64,000 bases of DNA. Origin: Nemertoderma westbladi. Its lineage: Eukaryota > Animalia > Xenacoelomorpha. The DNA is taken from contig JAUCBJ010001977.1 of the NCBI GenBank assembly GCA_032718475.1, positions 1 through 64,000 of the forward strand, given 5' to 3'. The translations under genes were made by a program, and so were the position numbers. Within the stretch, counting starts at the first letter, position 1, and each line of letters begins with the position of its first letter. The notes beneath the pieces are model-generated. The model had not been told where the DNA came from and made no database searches. It saw only the letters and a program-made list of their open reading frames with translations. Of this stretch, positions 1-11,200 are shown piece by piece.

Positions 1-519
1 AAATTTGAAACATGAGATAATTTCACCTCCCGACCACTGACTGGGTGAGCCAGAATTTTTGTTTTAGCTTTCAATCTTTAGCTACAAGCGTTTAAAAAAA
101 GTGTCTCCAGCAATATTACACCAGTTACACCGCAGTTATTCTAGCTGTTTGTTGGTACCAATGGAAAGCTGACCATGCAAGGATTCCAAATATGTAACAC
201 ATTTTGAATTTCGTTGAAAAATAGCTGAGATATGAGCGTTCAAATGTTGCATGGTTATGCACTGGCGCGAGGCTATTTTATTATATTTCATAAATAAACC
301 ATATCTGGAACATTTTTTAAATGTATGAATAACTACGTAATAGTATGATTAAATATGTAATGCATTGTTGCCCAGCTACGTATTTGGATAAACAAAATAT
401 GCCAGATTATGATGCATTTATTAAATAGAATAAAATAGCCTCGCGCAGGTGCATAACCATGCAACATTTGGACGCCCATATCTTAGCTATTTTTCAACGA
501 AATTCAAATTGTGTTACAT

Positions 520-1204
520 CATGACCTACTATAATTCGATTCTACAGAGATATTTCTCTACAGGGGAGTCACATGTTGAGTCCGAGCCCAGAGAGACTCT
601 TTAAACCTGAGATATTTCTCTACAGGGGAGTCACACGTTGAGTCCGAGCCCAGAGAGACTCTTTAAACCTGAGATATTTCTCTACAGGGGAGTCACATGT
701 TGAGTCCGAGCCCAGAGAGACTCTTTATACCTGAGATATTTCCTCTACAGGGGAGTCACACAATTAATTTTCTGGTTTACGTTTAATTTTCAGGATTGTT
801 ACTCTATCTATTTAATTAATAAAGAGCCCTTATCAGGGCCATTGGTGTGTTTTCACACTGGGGAATATTGGGTTGGCAATCCTAATAAAATAATAAAGTA
901 ATAAGTCAAAATAAAATATATAAAGAACGTGATAATAATAATATAATTCACCTCCGTTTCTTTATATTTTCACTTTTTATATTTTGCTTAGGTTAACACG
1001 TTTTTAAGATTTTTTGTTTGCAAATCTGAGCTGTGCTACTTGTTTTTTTTATTAATTAACAAGTTTATGAATATCACCAATTTATAAAAAACACATGGGG
1101 AGTATAATTTACAAAATTATAATCGATTTACAAGTAGAAACAAGTAGGCCCACTAAATTTAGTGGGCTGCTGCAGCATACCAGGTCGTATTATAGTAGGT
1201 CATG
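520..1204. mobile_element. Non-autonomous P-superfamily-like element: TIR CATGACCTACTATAAT, 7-bp TSD GTTACAT
   Basis: TIRs at 520-535 and 1189-1204, with GTTACAT at 513-519 and 1205-1211. The uninterrupted host sequence is seen near 14528. Confidence 0.75.
547..760 (+). repeat. 62-bp tandem repeat, ~3.4 copies, inside the P-like element
   Basis: gagatatttctctacaggggagtcac..gagactctttaaacct starting at 547, 609 and 671. Confidence 0.9.
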
Positions 1205-2103
1205 GTTACATATTTGAAATCATTGCAGGGCCAGCTTTCCATTGGTACCAACAAAAAATACTAATACAAATAACTATCAATAATAAGTGAATTGTTGTGG
1301 GGTGAGTGACGCGGTGAAATAAATAAATAATGTAAATAGGACAATATGATAATGCTCTCCATAGCGAAAAATATCAACCGGCCATATTGGGGCTCGAACC
1401 CGGTACCTAGGTTCAAACTTCTGGTTATTATCCCCCCGTGCCCCCCCCCCCCCCCCCCCCCCCCCCTGGATCCGCCCCTGATTAGTAGGTCATGCCCGAC
1501 TATTCATCTTCCCTTGTTTGACTACGCAGAATGTGTTACTACAGGTAAACCTGCCAACCAGGATGTTACTGAGATGCTCTTTATATTTCAGAAATATGGA
1601 TTCGTACTGTATGAATGAGTTAAAAGGTAGTTTTTTAATAGTTACACAATTCGTGACCACTTTGGCTGGTTGGTTTACAGAAATGACATATCACGTTGAC
1701 TAAAACCGACATTGTTAGTTGAATAATACTGTAGTTTAATGCCAGTGTAGAAACTGGTAATTTACTTCACGGTTATTGATTAAACCATATCAGATTTATC
1801 GTATTACATTTTTATTAAGAATGAAACTAAGCCAGTAAGTAACACGGTTGTGTTTAAACGAACTGCACGGAAAACCCATTGAACAACTACTGTGTAGTAA
1901 AAAAAACTAACTTACAACATAAATAGCAAATCTTTCAATACAATAGTCACGTTAACTATAAAAGAATTCGTACAAAGTACAAATAAACAATAATAAATTT
2001 ACAAAACAATAATACAGTAAGTAATTGCACACAGTACGCGATTAATAAAGTTATTGGATACGTAGGACTGCACGATGTGTGTCGTTTGGGATATTCATCA
2101 ACA

Positions 2104-2209
2104 TTACCCCAGAGGTAATGTAGTTGCTATAGAAACAGCTAATACGACAAGGTAGAAAGAGACAGTGACTGATGAACACCCACAGAATTTAAAGGTAGCC
2201 GCGCTCCGC
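2104..2209 (-). CDS. CACNA2D: Probable CACNA2D last exon: ..[28 protein letters not shown] (CG plus hydrophobic GPI-signal-like tail); out of phase with the upstream donor as written
   Basis: Strong acceptor atccctttcag|. A CG motif followed by a hydrophobic run and TAA is what alpha2delta C-termini look like. A direct phase-0 join instead gives AERGYL*. Confidence 0.65.
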
Positions 2210-5200
2210 CTGAAAGGGATACATAATAATTAAACGTTGAATTAATATTTAAACTATTTAGTACAGCGCAGTGTAATACGTGATAATAGAGGTTAACTGC
2301 CATATACAAGCGACTCTACTTTAAAACTAGAAACTACTTCTAGAACTAGAATCTTCTTTTGTAGAAGTAAATGGTTTTATCAACGATTATTATAGTTTCA
2401 AAAGATGGGGGGTTTTACTAAAGTAGATTATATTTCATTGCATATACGGGGGAGTAAAATATAATATTCTAGTGTAAACGCGTGAAAGTAACTCACAATG
2501 TTATGGGTGAAACAAGAGTCAGATTTCTTCTGAAATTTAATTCGAATTGGTTGAGGTCGACAGTCTTCGTAAAATATTCTGTGTCTGTTTTCTATCTTTT
2601 CACCAAAATGTGAATGTATCGTCTGTAAGAAAGCATTACAGCGGTTAAAGAATAAATAATTTGAGGTTAAGTAACATAACATGGTCAACATGGATCTACT
2701 TTGACTAACCGGACAACCCGGTAACTTAACATACAACATTGCTATTCGCTTCCTTCAGAACGACACACTTCCACCATTCTTATTCGTAATTGTGGTGGAC
2801 TATTTGCTTCGCATGTCCTTAGACCATCTTAATATAGATGGGGTGATGGTAACACCCCCCTACTGGCACAAGAAGTAAAGGAAATCCAGCAAAGGACCTA
2901 ATGATCTAGACTTTGCAGATGAATTAGGAGTACTGTCAGAAAAACAAGAGAAAGATTGACCCCAAAGGGTCCTCTGCTCATTGGAGGAAGGTTACTTCTA
3001 GTTTTGTAAACTCCAGGAAGACCACAACTTTGACAGCCCTAAGAATGTCTGATCATAAGGGCATAAGCTTCAGGGATGGCTTGCTTGAGCACGTGGATGT
3101 CTTCCGCAAATTGGGATCATGGATCCGGAGTTAGTCCTTCGGATACATGATGGCAAGGCATGGATGGGCAGCATGGAGTACTCACTCCAGGATATGGAAG
3201 TCCCATAGAATAAAACGGAATCTCAAGATTCGATTATCAATGGCAGCGGTAGTACTAGTACTCTTATATTGGAGTCCATGCTGGAACACTGCATAGGATA
3301 CCAAATCTCTGGATGGTACATTCACAAGAATGCTATGCCGGGTTCATTGTGTCAACTACAATGGACACGTATCCAAACTGTATCGCTGTATCTGATATCT
3401 GAATATTGCATATGCAGATAGGTCGTCAGGTCAAGTATTCTAGGTCATTGATCAATAAAACTTGCCACCTCCATGCAGCATAAAGGAGGTGCCACCTGTT
3501 GTAGCTGCATAGACCCTCTTACTAGGGCAAATCTGGTCCTGTAACTAGGATCCCCTTCGTTCTGGGATAAGGACGCCCTTGGTCCTGGATTAAGGACCCA
3601 TATACTTGGCTGCAGGGGTATATGGCCTGGCCAGGCAGATGGTGATCTACCAATGGCTGGTCAGGAGTAGAGAGTTCTTCAGGGGTACAGGGCATGACCC
3701 AGCAGATGAGCTGCACAGCCAATGGTGGGTCATGTGTGCCAGAGTAGATATGGGTGATGGGCCTCATATCTAACTACACGGCGACACCCACCCTGTGGAA
3801 CGGCAAACCAGGGTGTGGTATTTGCCCCGAGAGCTGAGGTACGCTAGACCTGCTATTATTATACTGTAAGTTTATAGGTATAGGGGGGCAATCCGCGCGG
3901 GGGGGGGGGGGGGGGGGGGGGGGTTAGATACGCCTAGGACACCGGCAGCATTCTTAATGCAGCTGCTTCCAGCCACCTTTTTCAAACACCCCTTGGTACG
4001 GACCAAGGACTACTGAACGTGAACAGCTGAAGTAGGCCTACCGCTGTAACGGTCAGACGGTAGTCCTTGAAGGCCCTACGGACAGACGGAATAACCGGTA
4101 CTACAGTACAGCAGTACAGCAGTACTATTCATTTACGTCAACTTTGCAATATTCAGCTATTACTGTATTATCTGATTATCAGGTATGGCGACGTGCAGTT
4201 GGCAGTGAGTACTACCAGTACCAGAGTACTGCAGCCCTGCAGTCTGGCAGTACAGTCAGACAGTGCAGCAGTGCTGCAGTGTATGTAATGATGACATGAC
4301 ATCTACTGATCTAGGTAATGATTGAATGATATTCGTTTAGTTAGACCCAACTGCTAGTTTTATATTACAGTATTATTCAGTTATCTGGTTATTTGATATA
4401 TCTTTCTATCATGATTATAATTCGGCCATGTATATACCTAGAGCGGTGATCTACATCGCCACTCCTATGGTGGCACTCGCAGTGGGTCTAGCTATATATT
4501 TCAAGAATTCAAAAGCCATTAGTACGGGTAGTTCTACGGAATCAGAAAAAACCAGGAATAATTCAAATTTGAGTGATTCATCTCAAATGGATTCGAGACT
4601 TAAAGAATCAGGAAAGAATCCTATTTCATTGTCTGTTGTTGACGGCGATGATAGTATAATAATTGATAATGCAGTCGTGCGCTGCTCCCGTCCGGATATT
4701 TTACCAACAAAAGCTATTGAACGCGATAACGATAGGCCTAGTGTTTCAGGTACTGCATCTAACATTGATTGCAGTTTGTATAATGATGATGGAGAAATTA
4801 AATTAACTGATGAATCATTTCACGATAATGACGAGAATTTACCTAATTGTTTGAGCGCCGATCTTTCAAAATTAACGTGCGAATTTAGTGAGGATAAACA
4901 GCTGGGGGTAACCGCTGGAGTGGAGATTCTTGAAAGTAACACATCGGCTCCTAAGGTGAAGAGGGTTTGTAAAGGGAAACGACGAGGGAAATTCCGTCGT
5001 TCTGTGGAGGAGGGGGATGTTTGTTCGTCGGCCCCCCAGTCACTCGGGACTGCCCCCCAGTCACTCGGGACTGCCCCCCAGTCTCTCGGGACTGCCCCCC
5101 AGTCACTCGGGACTGTCCCCCAGTCTCCCGGGATGGCCCACCAGTCTACCGATTCAGCGGCAGCCGGTGGCGACAGTTCGGTAGTGAATTCCCTCGGCGC

Positions 5201-8200
5201 CGGGGACGCCAATAGTAAGTCGCGATATAATCCGGCTAAAGAAAATATAAGTTCAGGGAAAGATAAAAATGAAGGAAAAGATAAAAAACGCGGCGACGGT
5301 AAACCATGGAAACCGCATAATAAAGCTAACGGATCGGCGATGAACGGAGTGTCTGGTACAGCGAGGCTGGATACAACCGATAACATTATATGGGAGTGCG
5401 AATTCCCTATCCAATATTCCGCTTTGTTCATCGGGAAGAAAGGGAAAATGGTGAATTTTCTAAAGGAGAAATCCGGAGCGAAGATATTCCTTAAGAAGTT
5501 GCCATTCGATTCGCCGTTCCACTCGTTATTAATCGAGGGATCTTTGGAGGGAATTAATCGCGCGTTGAAATTAATCGACAATAAGTTCTCCTACATCGAT
5601 CTCTCGGGGGGAGTTTATTACGATAAATCGGGGGCGATCGTTGTTCCGGTACCGACGGCTGTGCAGCCGTTGAACCCCAACACCTCGCAACTCCGTCTCC
5701 CGCACGCCGTCGTCGAGGTCTCCGTCCCCTACGTGTCGCACGCCGGCCGCTTCTTCGTGCAGCAACCCACCCACCCCATGTACCCCGCGCTGGCGCGTCT
5801 CTCCGTCGCCATGGGGACGGTCTACTCGGACCCGGAGGGGGCGGGGATCCCCAGTCTGCCGGTCCCGATATCCCCCGGGATGATCTGCGTGGTCCCGACG
5901 GCGGCTCAGGGCCGCTGGGCCCGCGCCATGGTCTGCGGCAGCGAGGGCGGCTCCTTCATCTGCGTGAAGCTGGTAGACCTCGGCGGCTACGTCACCGTGT
6001 CCGCCGACTTACTCAAACAGATCCGTAACGACTTTATCTCCCTCCCCTTCCAGGCGACCGACGTGGCGTTATACAACGCCCGTCCCACGCCGCCCCCCGG
6101 GGGCCCCAAACTTCGGTCCCACAATAAGTTCTCCGACGAGGCAACTAAACTGTTTAAAGAATTGATCAGCGGGAAAACTTTATTAGTTGAGGTAAAAGAT
6201 TATAATAGAGAAGGAATCCCGTTAGTGAATCTATATGCGGTGGAAGGGAGCGACAGTAAACTAGTTAACCAGTGCTTGATAGACTCTGGGTTGGCTATAC
6301 CGACCAATTGAGTTGTTTTGTTAAACTTATTGTAGTTAGTTGGGCCGCGGTTTACCTACAGTTCCGGGACAGTCGATGTATACAGTAAATAAATTCATTA
6401 ACGAATTCCTTGAGAATCGGAAGACTGGGGATGGAATATGTTAAACTGTCTGTAATCCTAACTAACGTCGGTTTATATAAACTGTCTGTAATCCAAACTA
6501 ACGTCGGTTAATATAAACTGTCTGTAATCCTAACTAACGTCGGTTTATATAAACCGTCTGTAATCCAAACTAACGTCGGTTTATATAAACTGTCTGTAAT
6601 CATAACTAACGTCGGTTTATATAAACTGTCTGTAATCCTAACTAACGTCGGTTTATATAAACTGTCTGTAATCCTAACTAACGTCGGTTTATATAAACTG
6701 TCTGTAATCCTAACTAACGTCGGTTTATATAAACTGTCTGTAATCCTAACTAACGTCGGTTCATATAAACTGTCTGTAATCCTAACTAACGTCGGTTTAT
6801 ATAAACTGTCTGTAATCCTAACTAACGTCGGTTTAAATAAACTGTCTGTAATCCTAACTAACGTCGGTTTATATAAACTGTCTGTAATCCTAACTAACGT
6901 CGGTTTATATAAACTGTCTGTAATCCTAACTAACGTCGGTTTATATAAACTGTCTGTAATCCTAACTAACGTCGGTTTATATAAACTGTCTGTAATCCTA
7001 ACTAACGTCGGTTTATATAAACTGTCTGTAATCCTAACTAACGTCGGTTTATATAAACTGTCTGTAATCCTAACTAACGTCGGTTTATATAAACCGTCTG
7101 TAATCCTAACTAACGTCGGTTTATATAAACTGTCTGTAATCCTAACTAACGTCGGTTTATATAAACTGTCTGTAATCCTAACTAACGTCGGTTTATATAA
7201 ACTGTCTGTAATCCTAACTAACGTCGGTTCATATAAACTGTCTGTAATCCTAACTAACGTCGGTTTATATAAACTGTCTGTAATCCTAACTAACGTCGGT
7301 TTATATAAACTGTCTGTAATCCTAACTAACGTCGGTTTATATAAACTGTCTGTAATCCTAACTAACGTCGGTTTATATAAACTGTCTGTAATCCTAACTA
7401 ACGTCGGTTTATATAAACTGTCTGTAATCCTAACTAACGTCGGTTTATATAAACTGTCTGTAATCCTAACTAACGTCGGTTTATATAAACTGTCTGTAAT
7501 CCTAACTAACGTCGGTTTATATAAACTGTCTGTAATCCTAACTAACGTCGGTTTATATAAACTGTCTGTAATCCTAACTAACGTCGGTTTATATAAACTG
7601 TCTGTAATCCTAACTAACGTCGGTTTATATAAACTGTCTGTAATCCTAACTAACGTCGGTTTATATAAACTGTCTGTAATCCTAACTAACGTCGGTTTAT
7701 ATAAACTGTCTGTAATCCTAACTAACGTCGGTTTATATAAACTGTCTGTAATCCTAACTAACGTCGGTTTATATAAACTGTCTGTAATCCTAACTAACGT
7801 CGGTTTATATAAACTGTCTGTAATCCTAACTAACGTCGGTTTATATAAACTGTCTGTAATCCTAACTAACGTCGGTTTATATAAACTGTCTGTAATCATA
7901 ACTAACGTCGGTTTATATAAACTGTCTGTAATCCTAACTAACGTCGGTTTATATAAACTGTCTGTAAACCTAACTAACGTCGGTTTATATAAACTGTCTG
8001 TAATCCTAACTAACGTCGGTTTATATAAACTGTCTGTAATCCTAACTAACGTCGGTTTATATAAACCGTCTGTAATCCTAACTAACGTCGGTTTATATAA
8101 ACTGTCTGTAATCCTAACTAACGTCAGTTTATATAAACTGTCTGTAATCCTAACTAACGTCGGTTTATATAAGCTGTCTGTAATAATATAATTATTTTTA

Positions 8201-11200
8201 ATCCATTTTCGAACAACTTATTTTTGGCGACTTTTTATCTTATTAATTACCTGTACGGCGTCTGTCGCCTATTTAATACAATACAAGTGTAATAATATTG
8301 TCTTCTGTTGAATTTTATATGCGGCCTGTATCCCTAAACGTTAACTATAACTATACTGTCTGATTTTTTATACAGGTATTGTGGAGAATTCTTGCAATAT
8401 TTCGCTTATTAATATTAAGCATTCGAATTAGAGAACTGAAACTTGAATTCTGGAGATAAAATTATTGGTATGGCCATGTATGGCTCAGATAGAGTGAAAA
8501 ATAATTTAACTAAAATATGTACAACTTTGATAATATACTATAATAATAATAGAATAATATTACGAACTGTTTTGTATTTTAGTTTTAGTGTTTTTGCAGA
8601 TATTGATATTGAATTGATATTGTAGATATTGAATTTAATATAACATGCAAAATGAACCCTTCGTAAGAATCTCTATAAATGCAAATGGGTTTAATAAGTT
8701 ACAGAGGTTAAAACGCGATCAATATTAAATCAGCATTCATTGTAATGGCGTTCGTAAGATATAGACAATGTTCACTCTATCTGAACCAGAACCTATTTCT
8801 CGGAAAATCTTTTAAGAAATGTTATTATAAAACTTATAAATTTTATTATATTTTAACATAATTTAATAACACTACATTTTATTTTAATAAGATAATAATT
8901 TACCCGTCCTTAATTTGGTATGACATATAAATACTAATCATATTTACTTTATATTACATAAAAAGGGAATTCATTATTTTCATTAAGTTCATTGTCTACT
9001 GACATATATACCTCGCAGTGTTTCACACATTCACACATTAAGATACATTTTGTTTTTGTCATTTACTCCTATTTGGGTGATTCTCATCAAATCTGTACCT
9101 CGTTGCGGACGGGACATTTCCCTACTTCATGGCCGTTTATTTCTCATACTAACCATCATAGATATAAGAGTAATGGCTCATTTTATTCGACAATAATATT
9201 CCAATCTATGTGCCACAAAAATGCTTCTTCAAAAATATGTCATGACCTCTTGGAGTCAAAATAATAATAAAATGTGTCCCATCGACAACATTTGTGAAAA
9301 ATAAACTACGTTAGTCTATAATTTACGAACATTATGCTCAAAGATTAGCTCTTCAATATTACGTGGTATATGTCAGCTTACGTTTTAAAGTAAAAAAAAT
9401 CAGGATGGATCTATTTTTAGGCTTTGATTTTAGCTTTATATGTGGAACAAAAATCGCGTCACGCGTCAAAGCCAATATCGAATAGTAATATACTGTATTA
9501 ATAACTCTGTACAATTAATTATACCGAGCAAATTATGATTAATTTCTGTATATGCAGCTACAGTGTCTATAAACTACAGTACAGTGCAGGGCTTATTGCT
9601 TGTATCTCATTTAGTATTTATATTTCAGTTGTTCAAATTGGGCACAGGTAGGTCGAAATTATTCTTTTAATTTTTCTGGGTATACCCTCATAACCTGCAC
9701 TATTGTGCCGTAGTCTCCCATTGCTTGTCTACATGACCGCAAGGGATTGATGTACCCAGAAACTACGGTATTTTCTTGTTCTTTCTTCTGCAAGCTGCAG
9801 CAAAACGTCAGCATCCATTTTGAATAAATAGTTTCAAAATTAATATTTAAAAATCCCGCTCTCTCTTATTGGTTTTGACGCTTGACCCGTCCGCTTGACC
9901 CGTCCGCGTTGGTTGGGGCTCCCCTTTAGAAGGTGTATTCGAGCACAATCTTCCAAGCATTATTGAAAAATAACTAAAATTTCTACTGTCTGTTTGAAAT
10001 TACATGCAACATGTCCCATCCTCAACGGGCGTTTCTTGCAAGCTCTGGGAACTATCAAATTGCTATTTATATAGATATACATATATTTATAAGACATTAA
10101 TCCTACAAATAAATAAATTATAAAAAAGGTGACATATATTAGCCGTTATTCCAGGGTAGACAAGTAAATGCCAATGTCCCGTCCACAACGGATGTCCCAT
10201 CCATCCGTAAGACCTAAATTAAGGTATATGATACTCATGTAATGTTATATGTTATCGTAATTTCTGTGATCTGAACATACTACTGATTTAAATTGTTTTT
10301 AAAATTATTATCAGTCTCAAATGTTAAACAAAAAATATTGTGAACAATGTCAAGTTACAAGACAATAAATTGGTATGTTAACAACGTCGGTATTATACTT
10401 CACAAGAGTTGATTGACCCATTAATTAGCTCCAGGGTTGATAAAAATCATGATTAAAAAAAAAATCAAAAAAATCAGATTTCTTTTATTTAAATCAGATT
10501 TTTATGATTTAAATCGGGTGACTAGAAAGCAAAGACCCAATTAACAAAGACCTGTACAAAACAGATGTGTTAACTTTCGTTTATTGTTTTGGTTCCCCCA
10601 ACACGCCTCTGTAACCTGCTCCTTTACTAACCTGCTGCTGTAAATGGAAATGGAACCTAATGCCCTTTGGGGCGTAACGCATCTTTACCTCATTGTTTTT
10701 TAGAGTTCCCAAAGATAGTTAGGTTACATTGACATTTAAAGGAACAGGTTAGTAAAGGAGCATGTTACAGAGGCTTGTTGGGGGAACCAAAACAATAAAC
10801 GAAAGTTAACACATGTTTCAAGATTATGCAGGTCTTTATTATTTGGGTCTTTGTTTTGTAGTCACCCATTTAAATCAGATTTTTTTATTTAAATCAGATT
10901 TTTTTATTTAAATCAGAATTACTATATGAAAACATTGTGAAAACTTCTCGCTCCATCAATGCCCTCTTGTAAACGGGATCCCGATCCTTATACCGAAAAA
11001 CCGGGATCCCAGCGAAATATCCAATCCCGATTCCGACTTTTTTGGAACGGGATCCCGAAGTTTAAAGTGTTAAATAAATTTGTTGAACATCTAAAAAAAA
11101 GTTCCAGCAGAACGGAAATGTTTTGATTATATCGAATTTATATGTCAGTAAACCATCCAGTAATCAATTGTAAGATAATTTTAATATAACTTTATCTTAC

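Larger units (their letters stand above)
1..1255. mobile_element. Palindromic MITE of the same family as 14345-14833, cut off by the window start and interrupted by the 520-1204 insertion
   Basis: Bases 1-290 are the reverse complement of ~14445-14735. Bases 425-519 plus 1205-1255 form the opposite arm. Confidence 0.75.

Noticed and set aside
547-760. 62-bp unit length shared with the terminal array
   Set aside because: The two monomers share no sequence similarity, so the equal length is coincidence.
1346-1618. Poly-proline or poly-glycine short ORFs (also 18618, 22807, 26302 and 27004)
   Set aside because: They are translations of poly-C/G tracts in repeats.
3693-3734. Hairpin with CAGAUGA-stem-CAAU, resembling a hammerhead or HDV ribozyme, in a GC-rich retroelement-like segment
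   Set aside because: The conserved CUGANGA/GAAA core is not met and I could not build an HDV double pseudoknot; an Infernal search would settle it.
4820-5581. 253-aa antisense ORF within AKAP1, and antisense ORFs within WDR82 and the 558-aa gene
   Set aside because: These are shadow ORFs of real CDSs; none resembles missing CACNA2D sequence, and the host exons already join in phase across these introns.
6508-7899. 463-aa ORF of ([12 protein letters not shown])n
   Set aside because: It is just the stop-free frame of a 36-bp minisatellite, with no unique flanking coding sequence or splice support.
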